From an uncultured Chloroflexia bacterium (GTDB taxonomy: Bacteria > Chloroflexota > Limnocylindria > Limnocylindrales > CSP1-4): a stretch of DNA of 64,000 nucleotides. Positions 39,567 to 49,758 of this stretch are shown here, piece after piece. The translations under genes and the position numbers were made by a program. The notes under the pieces were generated by a model. The model did not search any database. It was given only the letters and a program-made list of their open reading frames with translations, and was not told the DNA's origin. The stretch's first letter is position 1. Every line of letters begins with the position of its first letter. The stretch lies in contig CAWDFY010000004.1 of NCBI GenBank assembly GCA_963801745.1, positions 640,312-704,311 of the forward strand, read 5' to 3'.

Positions 39567-39855
39567 ACCTACGCTGGGCGCGTGACCGAGCCTTCCACGA
39601 GCGAGTTCCGACCGTGGCGGCTCCGCGGCAGCAGCCGCCTCGAGGCGCGACGGCGAGAGCTGTTCGCGTCGGCCGCGCCGGTCTTTCGCCGGTACGGTTA
39701 CCGCGGGGCGACCATCAAGGCGCTCGCCCACGCCTGCGGGCTCAGCCCGGCGAGCCTCTACCACTACTTCGGCTCGAAGGAGGAGATGGCGACCTACCTC
39801 GTGCGCCGACCCCGGATGGACTGGGACAGCACATGGGTCGACCTGACGACCAGCC
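39567..39855 (+). repeat. Dispersed repeat copy 2 (TetR promoter plus 5' coding region)
   Basis: See copy 1 at 30074-30368. Confidence 0.7.
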
Positions 39856-39866
39856 CTGATCGTGCG
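39582..39866 (+). pseudogene. TetR-family N-terminal remnant (HTH only)
   Basis: GYRGATIKALAHACGLSPASLYHYFGSKEEM. Similarity to the 30089 paralog stops at WVDLTTSP, where the convergent UPF0303 gene ends. Confidence 0.6.
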
Positions 39867-40352
39867 CTAGCCGGACTGCGACGCGGCGAGCTCCGTCAGG
39901 CACTCGACGACGAGGGCGTGGTCGTCCAGTTGGGGGAGCCCGGAGACGATGACGACGCCGACGGGACCCCGGTCGGTCACGATCAGTGGGAAGCCGCCAC
40001 CGTGCGGTGCGTACTCGGGGAATTCGAGCGACGTCGCCTCGGCGAATGATGTCCCGGCGACTTCGTACTGCAGGCGCTCGTACAGCGACGAGTGCCCGAA
40101 CCGCTCGACGATCCGGGCCTTTCCCGCGATGTAGAGATCGTTGGTGGCATCGGTCCCGGTCCTGGCTGCGCGGAACACGATCCGTTCGCCCAGGCGGACC
40201 TCGATCGTCACCGACAGGCCGCGGTCGGTGGCCTTGCCCAGCAGCGACAGCCCAACGGCCACAGCATCGTTCTCGTCCAGCGACGGGAAGACGAGCCGTC
40301 GCTCCTGGTCGAGGAGCTCATCGAGCGTCGGATCCGGCTCTTCGGCGGTCAT
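39867..40352 (-). CDS. UPF0303 / heme-degrading-domain (GlcG-like) protein
   Basis: 161 aa with YAPHGGGFPLIV...VIVSGLPQLDDHALVV. Confidence 0.75.
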   Translation of the reverse strand: MTAEEPDPTLDELLDQERRLVFPSLDENDAVAVGLSLLGKATDRGLSVTIEVRLGERIVFRAARTGTDATNDLYIAGKARIVERFGHSSLYERLQYEVAGTSFAEATSLEFPEYAPHGGGFPLIVTDRGPVGVVIVSGLPQLDDHALVVECLTELAASQSG

Positions 40353-40375
40353 GTCGATCTCCTGCGGACGATGAA

Positions 40376-40406
40376 ACGGCCCCGCCGCGGGACGCGACGG
40401 GGCCGT
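40376..40406 (-). terminator. GC-rich hairpin downstream of the M28 peptidase gene
   Basis: ACGGCCCCG-N13-CGGGGCCGT. Confidence 0.4.
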
Positions 40407-40432
40407 CTGCGAGTTCGCTGGCGGTAACGCTG

Positions 40433-41948
40433 TCAGCGAATGGCGCGGTGACCCTTGTAATCGGACTCCTGCGCCGATCGGGCGACGACCCGGAGGCTGC
40501 CGTCGGGGAAGAACCCGGTCCTGGTCTTTGCAAGTGTCAGCACGGCGTCCGCGGCCGCGTCACCCAGCTCGAACAGGGCCTGGGTGCTGAGGTTGTTGAT
40601 CGTGTCGCACGCCTGGTGGTAGCAGGGGTCGTACGGCGCGCCGGCGGTCCCGCCGTAGACGGCCGCCTCCTCCGCGGTCTTGATGCCCTCGGCCCCGCTG
40701 AACAGGCCGCCCGCGGGGATGCCGACGGCGATGAACGGGCCGTAGTCCGAGCGACCGTCGAAGGCGGTCGGTTCGGTCGCGAGACCCTGGCGAGGCGAAG
40801 TAGTCGTTGAAGACCTGCTCGATCTCGGCGGAGCCCGGCGGGCCCGGATCCGGCGTGTCCGAGCCGTCGCCGTCGTAGACGAACCGGACGTAGTTCGGAG
40901 AGCCGAGCATGTCGAAGTTCAGGTTGGCGAAGATCTTGGCGAGCTTGGCGTCGCTGAGGGTGTTCACGTAGTGCTCGGAGCCGAGCAGGTTCGCCTCTTC
41001 AGCTCCCCAGAACGCGAAGCGCACCTTCTGTCGCGGCTTGATCTTGAGCTCCGCCATCTCCTCCGCGATCTCGAGGATGGTCGAGCTGCCGCTGCCGTTG
41101 TCGTTGATGCCGGGGCCCTCGACCACCGAGTCGAGATGCGCGCCGACGACTACCACCTTGTCGGCGTCGCCGCCGGGCGAGTCGGCGATGACGTTCGTCG
41201 TCTTGGCTTCGAGGTCGACCACGGTCGACGTGAAGACCCGGACGACGACCGGGCCGGCCTGGGTCTGGTCGTAGAGCGCCAGCGCGTCAGCGAAGCTGAG
41301 CCCGACGACCGGGATGTCTACCGGGACGCCGAGCGTGCCGATGAACAACTCGGTACGGCCCGGGTTGCCCTTCGTTGAAGATGATGGCTGCGTCGTAGCC
41401 GGCAGCCTGCGCATTCTTCGCCTTGTCCTCGAAGAAGCAGGTGCCGCGCTGGATCAGCGCGACCTGGGCCCGGCCCGGCGCGGCGCGAAATCCGCGGGCT
41501 CGCAGCCTGAGGTCGAGCTCGGCTCAGGCGTCGGCGGGTTCACGATGTCGTTCGTCGGGACGAGCTGTCCGGTGACGTCGCCGCTGCCCGAGAAATCGAA
41601 CGTGCCGGTCTCGTACTCCGTGGGGGTCGGCGATACCTGCGCGAGCTCGGCCGGGGCCAGCGCCTGGAAGAACGGGAACGTGAACTCCTGCACGGTCACC
41701 TTGTAGCCGGCCTTCTTGAGCGTCTTCTTGACGTAGTCGGCCGACGCGTCGTAGCCCGGTGTGCCGGAGGCACGGGTGCCGTCGTTCTGGTTGGCGATCC
41801 GCTGGAACACCCGCTGATGAGCGAGGATCCCGCCGACCGTCACGGCCTTGCGGAGTCGCGTGCTGTCGATGTCGTCTACGGCGGACGCGGGTCCGACGAT
41901 GGTCAGGACGAGCACCGCCGCGACCAATAGGGCGAAGAGCCTGCGCAT
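40433..41948 (-). pseudogene. M28-family aminopeptidase with PA domain, several +1 frameshifts
   Basis: Signal peptide, PA-domain segment (QVALIQRGTCFFEDKAKNAQAAGYDAAIIFNEG) and M28 motifs (VVVGAHLDSV, NDNGSGS, FAFWGAEE) across frames. The tail CYHQACDTINN is in a further frame. Confidence 0.8.
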
Positions 41949-42090
41949 ACATCCTCCTCCGGATGGGCCATCGATGCGCGATCACCGACTGTCGATCAAG
42001 CCGGGCTGGGACTCACCGCGCAGCGCCAAGTAGGGACAGTCTGGCCCTGCCCGGAGACGCGAGTCAAACCAAGACGATCGCGAGGGGCAG

Positions 42091-42725
42091 TCAGCTTCCC
42101 GAGGTGAGCGAGTCCTTGGCGGCCGCCGCCTCGCGGTCGATCTCGGCCGCGATCTGCTTGTCGATCGCCTTCTCGACGATGGCGTCCGCCTCGGCGAGCG
42201 CTGCCCGGATCTCGACCACCGCGGTGTCCTCCACGAGGGCGACGATGCCGGCGGTGTTCGGCTTCATGACCCCTGCCAGCTCGTCGGCCAGGCCCTCTCG
42301 ATTGACGACGTTGCGCACCTTGCCGAGGGCCGCCCCGGCGGTGCCGAGCGCCGCCGCGCTGGCGAGGATCGACGGCGGGAAGATGACGCCGAGGATCGCC
42401 CCGCCGACCACGCCCCACTTGAGGCCGGTCTTCGTGCTGTGCTCGGTGACCTTGCCGAGGTGGACCTGACCCTCGGCGTCGCAGCTGGCGATGACGACGC
42501 CGTCGATCTTGAGCGGGCTGGTGCGCTCGATCTCCTGGAGCTGCGCGTAGGCGGCCTCGGCGTCGGCCATCGTCGGGAACTGCGCCACGATCAGCGAGTG
42601 CGCGCCGTCGGTGACGAGGCCGATGATGACCTCCTGCTCACCCGAGTCGGCGCCGTCGGTGGCGGCAGTGCCCGAGGCGCGGTGGGCTGGGAACCGGCGT
42701 CCTGGGGCGTCGTGTCGTCGGTCAT
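42091..42725 (-). pseudogene. DUF1269-like membrane protein, frameshift in the N-terminal low-complexity region
   Basis: AAGGAGGAG RBS and ATG at 42725. The core (LKIDGVVIASCDAEGQVHL...GVVGGAILGVIFPP) is in another frame. Confidence 0.6.
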
Positions 42726-42988
42726 GGTCTCCTCCTTGTCGTAGTCGTCGGTTCCATTTGAGCGTGTGCGCGACCGCGGGTCAACAGTGTCCACGCCCCG
42801 ATGTCGGCCGGCCGGGTCGAGACGCCGAGACGACGCTCTCGACGGCGCATCTCGTCGCCAAGGTCGCATCGTGGCCGGGGACAAGTCGCAGCCGCCGGAC
42901 GTCGGTCGCGGCGAGCCAATGGCCACGAAGCCGGTCGACGAGACGCCGACCACGACGCCTCCGGGCGAGGACGCCGCGGATGCAGGGC

Positions 42989-44311
42989 TCAGCCGAGCGG
43001 CGGTACCACGCAGCTGAAAGCGGTCGAGCCGGCGGCCCGGGCCGCGCTTGCGACCGCCGAGCCGCCGGCGCTCGTCGCGACGGCCGCCGCCGCCTCCTGG
43101 ACCACCAGCGCGGTGACCATGCCGAACATCCCGTCGGGACCCTCGGCGTGCTGGAGGATGTGGCAGTGGAAGGCCCACGCCCCGGGCTCGGTGCACTCGA
43201 TCACCGCGTCCCAGCGCTCACCCGGGTTCACCCCGAGGGTGTCGCAGGTGAAGGCCGCGCCGCCGAGCGGGTAGCCGTCGCGGGCGACGATGCGCATCGG
43301 CATCCCGTGGAGATGCCACGGGTGCATCATGTTGCCCTCGTTCATGAAGCGGATGACGATCGTGTCGCCGAGGTTCGCCACGATCGGCGAGGTCGCCGGG
43401 AAGCCGCGGCCGTTGATCGTGAAGCCGCCGAGGGCGTCGTTGCTGATCCAGATGATGTCCTGGCTCGCCCCGTACAGCGCGTCGTAGCGCTGCGCCGGGT
43501 CGCGCGGCTCGACGATGAACGCGCCGAGCAGCCCGCGCCCGACCTGGTCGGTCGCGTTGTGGTGGCTGTGGTACATGTGCGAGCCGGCGGGCTTGGCCAC
43601 GAACTCGTAGGTGAAGGTGCCACCGGGCGGGATCGGCTCCTGCGTGATGTGCGGGACGCCGTCCATGTTGTTCGGCACCGACTGGCCGTGGAAGTGGATG
43701 CCGGTCGACTCGCTCATGTTGTTGGTGAAGGTCGCCCGGACCCGATCGCCCTCGACGACGGTGAGCCTCGGGCCGGGCCACGTGCCGTTGAAGCCGAGCG
43801 CCTGGACCGGCGGCTTCTCGGCATCGATATGGTGCTCCATCTCCTCGATGGTCAGCTCGAAGACCTTGACCCCGTCGACCAGCTGCGGCTCGAGGGGCTG
43901 GTTGCCGGTTCCGGTCATCGACGCGCCCTCGCCGCCGAGGAAGCGCTCGACGACCGCCAGCGCGTTCGCGTCGTGGTCGACCGCAGGCGCAGACGCACTG
44001 GCCGACGGCGCCGGGCTGTGGTCCATCGACGGTGAGGCTGACGGCGCGCCCGATGCCGCTGCCGAGCCGGATGGTGCCGCCGAGCCGGACGGCGCGGCCG
44101 AGCCACTGGCGGCCGGCGCCAGCGTCGGGCCGATCGTCCAGTTCGGTGCCGCGGCGGTCGGCGCGCAGGCGGCCACGCCGACCGCGACGAGACCGCCGCC
44201 GGCGACGCGGAGCAGGTCGCGGCGAGTCAGTGAGATCCGTTCTTCTGTGTCGACCCCCGCCTCCGTCGGACCGTCCGTGGGTCGCGCGTCGATGCGCTCG
44301 GTCGTCGGCAT
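42989..44311 (-). CDS. Multicopper oxidase with TAT signal
   Basis: RRDLLRVAGGG twin-arginine motif. Copper motifs HFHG, HSHH, HPWHLHG and HCHILQHAEGPDGMFG. Confidence 0.85.
   Translation of the reverse strand: MPTTERIDARPTDGPTEAGVDTEERISLTRRDLLRVAGGGLVAVGVAACAPTAAAPNWTIGPTLAPAASGSAAPSGSAAPSGSAAASGAPSASPSMDHSPAPSASASAPAVDHDANALAVVERFLGGEGASMTGTGNQPLEPQLVDGVKVFELTIEEMEHHIDAEKPPVQALGFNGTWPGPRLTVVEGDRVRATFTNNMSESTGIHFHGQSVPNNMDGVPHITQEPIPPGGTFTYEFVAKPAGSHMYHSHHNATDQVGRGLLGAFIVEPRDPAQRYDALYGASQDIIWISNDALGGFTINGRGFPATSPIVANLGDTIVIRFMNEGNMMHPWHLHGMPMRIVARDGYPLGGAAFTCDTLGVNPGERWDAVIECTEPGAWAFHCHILQHAEGPDGMFGMVTALVVQEAAAAVATSAGGSAVASAARAAGSTAFSCVVPPLG
44061..44114 (-). repeat. 18-bp tandem repeat x3 encoding (SGSAAP)-type linker in the multicopper oxidase
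   Basis: GCCGAGCCGGATGGTGCC / GCCGAGCCGGACGGCGCG / GCCGAGCCACTGGCGGCC. Confidence 0.6.
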
Positions 44312-44388
44312 CGTGAAAGCCCTCCTGCTCGCATTCGAGCATACCGACCGGCATCGGGCGGTGCGCGAAGGCGCTAGCATCCGTCCCG

Positions 44389-46090
44389 ATGGCCGGCCCG
44401 CAGTTCGACGTCATCATCGTTGGCGGTGGCTCGGCCGGATCGGTGCTGGCCAACCGCCTGACGGAGGACCCTCACACCCGGGTCCTCGTGCTGGAGGCGG
44501 GCCGCTCGGACTGGCGCCTCGATCCGTTCATCCACATGCCCGCGGCGTTGACCTTCCCGATCGGCAGCCGGTTCTACGACTGGCGCTACGAGTCGGAGCC
44601 CGAGCCGTTCATGCACGGGCGGCGCATCTTCCACGCCCGCGGCAAGGTCCTCGGCGGCAGCAGCAGCATCAACGGCCAGATCTTCCAGCGCGGCAACCCG
44701 CTCGACTACGAGCGCTGGGCCGCCGATCCCGGCATGGAGACGTGGGACTTCGCCCACTGCCTGCCGTACTTCCGGAAGATGGAGACCGCGCTCGCCGCCG
44801 CCCCGGACGACCCGTGGCGAGGTCACGACGGGCCGCTGGTGGTGGAGCGTGGTCCCGCGACGAACCCGTTGTTCGGGGCGTTCTTCGCGAGCGCCCAGCA
44901 GGCCGGCTACCAGTTGACCGACGACGTCAACGGCTATCGCCAGGAGGGCTTCGCACCGTTCGACCGCAACATCCACCGCGGCCGCCGGCTGAGCGCCGCG
45001 CGCGCCTATCTCCACCCGATCCTGCGCCATCGGTCGAACCTCGAGGTCTGGACGCGGCGGTTCGTGACGCGCATCGTGATCGAGGGGTCGCGGGCGGTCG
45101 GGGTCGAGGTCGCCCGCGGCAGCGACGGGCGCGGCGGGGTCGATCGCTACGACGCCGGCGAGGTGATCCTGGCCGGCGGTGCGATCAACAGCCCGCAGCT
45201 GCTGCTGCTGTCGGGTATCGGGCCGGCCGACCAGCTCCGCGCGACTCGGCATCCCGGTCGTCGCCGACCGGCCCGGGGTGGGCGAGAACCTGCAGGACCA
45301 CCTCGAGGTCTACGTCCAGCACCAGAGCACCCGCCCGGTCTCGATGCAGCCCGCCGCGACGCAGCGCTGGCGGCGACCGTTCATCGGCGCGCAGTGGCTG
45401 TTCCTGCGCTCCGGACCGGGGGCGTCCAACCACTTCGAGGGCGGCGGGTTCGTTCGCTCCAACGACGACGTCGACTACCCCAACCTGATGTTCCACTTCC
45501 TGCCGATCGCGATCCGCTACGACGGGACGGCGGGGGCGAAGGGCCACGGCTACCAGGTCCATGTCGGGCCGATGTACTCGGACGCGCGCGGCACGCTCAC
45601 GTTGAAGAGCGCCGATCCGCGCGAGCACCCGGCGCTGCTGTTCAACTACCTGTCCACCGCCCAGGACCGGCGCGAGTGGGTCGAGGCGATCCGGGTGGCG
45701 CGGTCGATCCTCGGCCGGCCCGCGCTGGCCGAGTTCGATGGCGGCGAGACGTCGCCGGGACCGGCCGTCCAGACCGACGAGCAGATCCTCGATTGGGTGG
45801 CGCGCGACGCGGAGACTGCGCTGCATCCGTCGTGCACGGCCCGGATGGGCGTCGACGAGCTGTCGGTCGTCGATCCGTCGACCATGCGGGTCCACGGGGT
45901 CGACGGGCTGCGCGTGATCGACGCGTCGGTGATGCCGTATGTCACCAACGCCAACATCTACGCGCCCGTGATGATGCTGGCCGAGAAGGCCGCCGACCTC
46001 GTCAAGGGCGACACGCCGCTGCCGCCCGATCCCCGCGAGTTCTACCGGCACGGCGTGTCGGAGCCGCCGCCGATCGACGCAGGCGGGTAG
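44389..46090 (+). pseudogene. GMC-family oxidoreductase (choline dehydrogenase-like), one +1 frameshift near 45240
   Basis: [35 protein letters not shown], then [19 protein letters not shown]...HPSCTARMG in the +1 frame. Confidence 0.85.
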
Positions 46091-46253
46091 GCGCAGCCCG
46101 CCGGACCGGACATCGTCATCCGTCGACTCGGGCTCGTCATCCGTCGGGCGTGACTCGCCCACCCGCGTCCGCTGCCGCCCCCGACGTGGGCGTCGACCAT
46201 CGGGGCACACCCCCACACCACGCCGTGACCGCCACCTAGAAAGGACCGCCCCG

Positions 46254-47660
46254 ATGGCCCTCGCCCGCATCGCCGCCTATGACCCCACCGGCCCCCACGA
46301 CCTCGCCGCCTTCGCGGCGGGGATCAGCGGTGTCGTCATCCGCCCCGAGGACGAGGCCTACGACGAGGCCCGACAGGTCCACAACGCCACGGTCGACCTC
46401 CGCCCGCTGGCCATCGTCCAGGCCGCGTCGGCCGCGGACGTCGCGCGGACCGTCGTGTTCGCTCGCGAGACCGGTCTCGACCTGGCCGTCCGCGGCGGTG
46501 CCCACAGCCTCGCCGGCTACGGCACGACCGACGGCGGCATCGTCCTCGACCTCGGCCTGATGAAGGGCCTCCACATCGATCCCGCCCGTCGGCTCGCCTG
46601 GGCCCAGGCCGGGCTGCGCGCCGGCGAGTACACCGCCGCGGCGGCCGAGCACGGCCTCGCGACGCCGTTCGGCGACACCGGCAGCGTCGGCATCGCCGGC
46701 CTGACCCTCGGTGGCGGCATCGGCTGGCTGGTCCGCAAGTACGGGCTGACGATCGATGCGCTCGTGTCGGTCGAGATCGTCACCGCCGACGGCCGCATCG
46801 TGGTCGCCAGCGAGACCGAGCACCCCGACCTGTTCTGGGCGGTCCGCGGTGGCGGCGGCAACTTCGGTGTCGTGACCCGCTTCCAGTTCCGCCTCTACCC
46901 GGTCGGCATGATCCTCGGCGGCGCGCTGTTCCTGCCGCCGACGCGCGAGGTCCTGCGCGGCCTCGAGTCGGCCGCCGCGAACGCGCCCGAGGCGCTCTCG
47001 ACCATCTCGTTCCTGATGCCCGCCCCGCCCGCCCCGTTCATCCCCGAGCACATCCAGGGCAAGCCCACGCTGGCGGTGATGTTCGTCTACGACGGCGACC
47101 CGGAGTCGGGCCAGGCGGCCCTCGCGCCGTTCCGCGCGCTGGCCACGCCGATGGCCGAGCTCGTCATGCCGATGCCCTACGTCGGCATCTACCAGATGCT
47201 CGCCGAGGCCGAGAAGCGGACGCCGGCATCCCACCGCTCGCTGTTCCTCGACGCGCTCGATGACGACGCGGTCGACACGATCCTCGAGCGGATGGCCGAC
47301 CCGAGCTCGCCGGCGGCGATGACCCAGATCCGGATCCTCGGTGGCGCGATGGCTCGCGTCGGCGCCGACGAGACCGCGTTCGCCCACCGCGACGCGAAGG
47401 TCCTGGTCGTGATCATCACGCCGTTCGAGGATCCGGCCGAGGCGCCGGTCCACGCGGCCTGGACGCAGGCCTACTACGAGGCGCTGCGCCCCGGCTCGAC
47501 CGGTGTCTACTCGAACTTCCTCGAGGCCGAGGGCGAGACCCGCATCCGCGAGGCCTATCCCGAGGCGACCTACCAGCGCCTGGCCGACGTCAAGCGCCGC
47601 TACGACCCGAGCAACCTGTTCCGGCTCAACCAGAACATCCCGCCCGCTCCCCGGGCCTGA
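46254..47660 (+). CDS. FAD-linked oxidase with BBE-like C-terminus
   Basis: Intact 468 aa. FAD_binding_4 motifs (RGGAHSLAGY, GLTLGGGIGW) and the BBE tail YQRLADVKRRYDPSNLFRLNQNI. Confidence 0.85.
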   Translation: MALARIAAYDPTGPHDLAAFAAGISGVVIRPEDEAYDEARQVHNATVDLRPLAIVQAASAADVARTVVFARETGLDLAVRGGAHSLAGYGTTDGGIVLDLGLMKGLHIDPARRLAWAQAGLRAGEYTAAAAEHGLATPFGDTGSVGIAGLTLGGGIGWLVRKYGLTIDALVSVEIVTADGRIVVASETEHPDLFWAVRGGGGNFGVVTRFQFRLYPVGMILGGALFLPPTREVLRGLESAAANAPEALSTISFLMPAPPAPFIPEHIQGKPTLAVMFVYDGDPESGQAALAPFRALATPMAELVMPMPYVGIYQMLAEAEKRTPASHRSLFLDALDDDAVDTILERMADPSSPAAMTQIRILGGAMARVGADETAFAHRDAKVLVVIITPFEDPAEAPVHAAWTQAYYEALRPGSTGVYSNFLEAEGETRIREAYPEATYQRLADVKRRYDPSNLFRLNQNIPPAPRA

Positions 47661-47721
47661 CACCCAGTTCCCGTCGGACCCGGCGCTCCACGAGGGCGTC
47701 GGGTCCGCTGATTCTCCCCGC

Positions 47722-48066
47722 CTACTTCGCGGGCAGCGTCCTGCCGAAGGCGATGGCCCGCCCGACCCACTCGTCGAGCGCGGCGTCGTCGGCCACGACA
47801 TCGGGCGGCAGCGTCGCGTAGCCCTTCATCGTCCGGCCCGCCATCGGCTCGAACGGGCCGGCACCCGGGAGCGCCAGCAGGGCCGTCCGGTCCTCGTCGC
47901 CGAGCCGGATCATCCACGACTGGGCGAACAGCCCGGTGACGAGGTTGCCGCCGACGAACAGCGCCGGGTAGCCGAACATCTTCCGCCGCTGGGCCTCCGG
48001 GAACCGGGCGGCCGTCGCGTCGAAGCGGGCGATGAGCTCCGGAGACGACTTCTCGAATGTCGGCAT
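47722..48066 (-). CDS. TfoX N-terminal-domain protein
   Basis: 114 aa with the RKMFGYPALFVGGNLVTGLF motif. Confidence 0.7.
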   Translation of the reverse strand: MPTFEKSSPELIARFDATAARFPEAQRRKMFGYPALFVGGNLVTGLFAQSWMIRLGDEDRTALLALPGAGPFEPMAGRTMKGYATLPPDVVADDAALDEWVGRAIAFGRTLPAK

Positions 48067-48075
48067 GACTCGACC

Positions 48076-48987
48076 TCAGATGCCCTCGATCCGACGGGGC
48101 GCCAGGCGCGGACCGTAGCGCGGCGCGCGGAGCCCGCTCGACTCCAGCAGGCGGACGACCAGCGCCCGCCGACCGCGGAACGGTTCGAGCAGCTCCAGCA
48201 TCCGTGCGTCGGTCGCCCGCGGCTCGCCCGCGAGCGCGTACGCCACGAGATGGGGCAGGTGGTAGTCGCCGACACTCACCGCGTCGACGTCGCCGAGGGC
48301 ACGCACGCCGACCTCGGCCGCGGTCCACGGGCCGATCCCGGGGATCGCCTGCAGCCGCGCCGACGCCTCGGCGTGGGGCAGGTCGACGACGGCCTCGATC
48401 GACCCGGCGTTGCGGGCGATGGCCCGGATGAGATCCGCCCGGCGACGCTCCACCCCGAGCGTGTGGTACGACCAGTACGGCAGCGCCGCCAGCGTGCGCG
48501 GCGCCGGCAGGACCCGCAGCCCGAGCTCGGGCGGGCCGGGCGCGGGCTCCCCGTGGAGCCGGACGAGCCCGTGCCACGCGCGGTGCGCCTCCGCGCCCGT
48601 GACCTTCTGCTCGAGGATCGCCGCGACGAGGGCGTCCATCACCGACCCCGTCCGCAGGATCCGGACCCCGGGGCGTCGCTTCGCGAGCGAGACGATCCGG
48701 GAGTCGTCGGAGTCGGCGAGCGTGTCGGTCCCGGCGCTGAAGAGCCGGGGCACGCGTCCGAGCGCGGCATCCGAACCGGGCCCCCAGGCGTCGGCGATCA
48801 GGCGTCGGCCGTCCAGGCGGAGGCCGACGGTGGCCACGCCGTCCGGCGTCCGGGTCGACCACCACGCCCGCCCGCTCGCGAGGCGGATCGTCCGGTCACC
48901 GTGGCCGCGGACGAGCGGGCCGAGCGAACCCCCGAGGTCGAGCGGGCCGTCGAGCTGCAGGTCGATGGTCGCGTCGGGACGGGGCAC
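48076..48987 (-). CDS. HhH-GPD DNA glycosylase (AlkA-like 3-methyladenine glycosylase II)
   Basis: ILEQKVTGAEA, LQAIPGIGPWTAAEV and the catalytic-region GDYHL. Confidence 0.8.
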   Translation of the reverse strand: MPRPDATIDLQLDGPLDLGGSLGPLVRGHGDRTIRLASGRAWWSTRTPDGVATVGLRLDGRRLIADAWGPGSDAALGRVPRLFSAGTDTLADSDDSRIVSLAKRRPGVRILRTGSVMDALVAAILEQKVTGAEAHRAWHGLVRLHGEPAPGPPELGLRVLPAPRTLAALPYWSYHTLGVERRRADLIRAIARNAGSIEAVVDLPHAEASARLQAIPGIGPWTAAEVGVRALGDVDAVSVGDYHLPHLVAYALAGEPRATDARMLELLEPFRGRRALVVRLLESSGLRAPRYGPRLAPRRIEGI

Positions 48988-49101
48988 GTCGGGAGTCTGT
49001 CACGGATCCGACACGACGGCGAGGCGTCAGCATGTGCAGGGCGCACCCTGCTCGACGGTACGGTCGGTCACGACGTGCGACGCCCCAGAGTCGTCGCGGG
49101 C

Positions 49102-49677
49102 ATGGCGCTCATCGCCACGCTCGCCGCGGTCGCCGTCCCCGGACCGGCGGGTTCCATCAGCGCACGGCTGATCGGGACCCCCTCCGCCGACCTGTTCGAT
49201 GTGGAGAGGACGGCGTCGATCCGTGGACCGATGACGACGACATACACCCTCGATCCGGGTGCCCGCTCCGCCGGCACCGTGGATCGCGAGTCGACATTGC
49301 TCGAACCCAACACCGCGTACGCGCCACCGACGGCACGACCCCGGGCGGCCCAGCCCGCCGCTCGCCCCACGGTCGTGCGCAAGCCGACCTGGCGCCTCGA
49401 CGACGACGTGTCGTGGTACGGCCCCGGCTTCTACGGCAAGCGCACCGCCTGCGGCATGGCGATGACGAGATCGCTGGTCGGGGTCGCCCATCGGAGCCTG
49501 CCGTGCGGCACCCGGATCACGTTCCGCGACCCGGTCAGTGGTCGGACGGTGACCGCGCCCGTGGTCGACCGCGGACCGTACGTGCGCGGCCGGACATGGG
49601 ACCTCACGCGTGGGCTGTGCGTGCGCCTCGATCATTGCCACACCGGGGCGCTGTACTGGCGGCCGGCCGCCGGCTGA
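49102..49677 (+). CDS. RlpA-like double-psi beta-barrel protein (secreted)
   Basis: SWYGPGFYGKRTACG...VAHRSLPCGTRI...VVDRGPYVRGRTWDL. An alternative GTG start at 49075 is possible. The upstream part of ORF 47503-49677 is noise. Confidence 0.7.
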   Translation: MALIATLAAVAVPGPAGSISARLIGTPSADLFDVERTASIRGPMTTTYTLDPGARSAGTVDRESTLLEPNTAYAPPTARPRAAQPAARPTVVRKPTWRLDDDVSWYGPGFYGKRTACGMAMTRSLVGVAHRSLPCGTRITFRDPVSGRTVTAPVVDRGPYVRGRTWDLTRGLCVRLDHCHTGALYWRPAAG

Positions 49678-49694
49678 GCGCCCCCGCCATAGCC

Positions 49695-49722
49695 GCGAGC
49701 CCGGCCTGATGGCCGGGCTCGC
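49695..49722. terminator. Bidirectional hairpin between convergent genes
   Basis: Perfect 12-bp stem GCGAGCCCGGCC-TGAT-GGCCGGGCTCGC. Confidence 0.55.
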
Positions 49723-49758
49723 ATGGTTCGCGGTGGATGCGGCCGGAGGCCGCGGTCG

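Noticed and set aside
46236-47801. 521-aa minus-strand ORF over the FAD/BBE oxidase
   Set aside because: An antisense shadow ORF. The plus strand has FAD_binding_4 and BBE motifs.
47503-49101. Upstream 533 aa of the 724-aa ORF 47503-49677
   Set aside because: It overlaps the FAD oxidase end and runs antisense to the TfoX and AlkA-like genes. Only the last 191 aa (the RlpA-like protein) look real.
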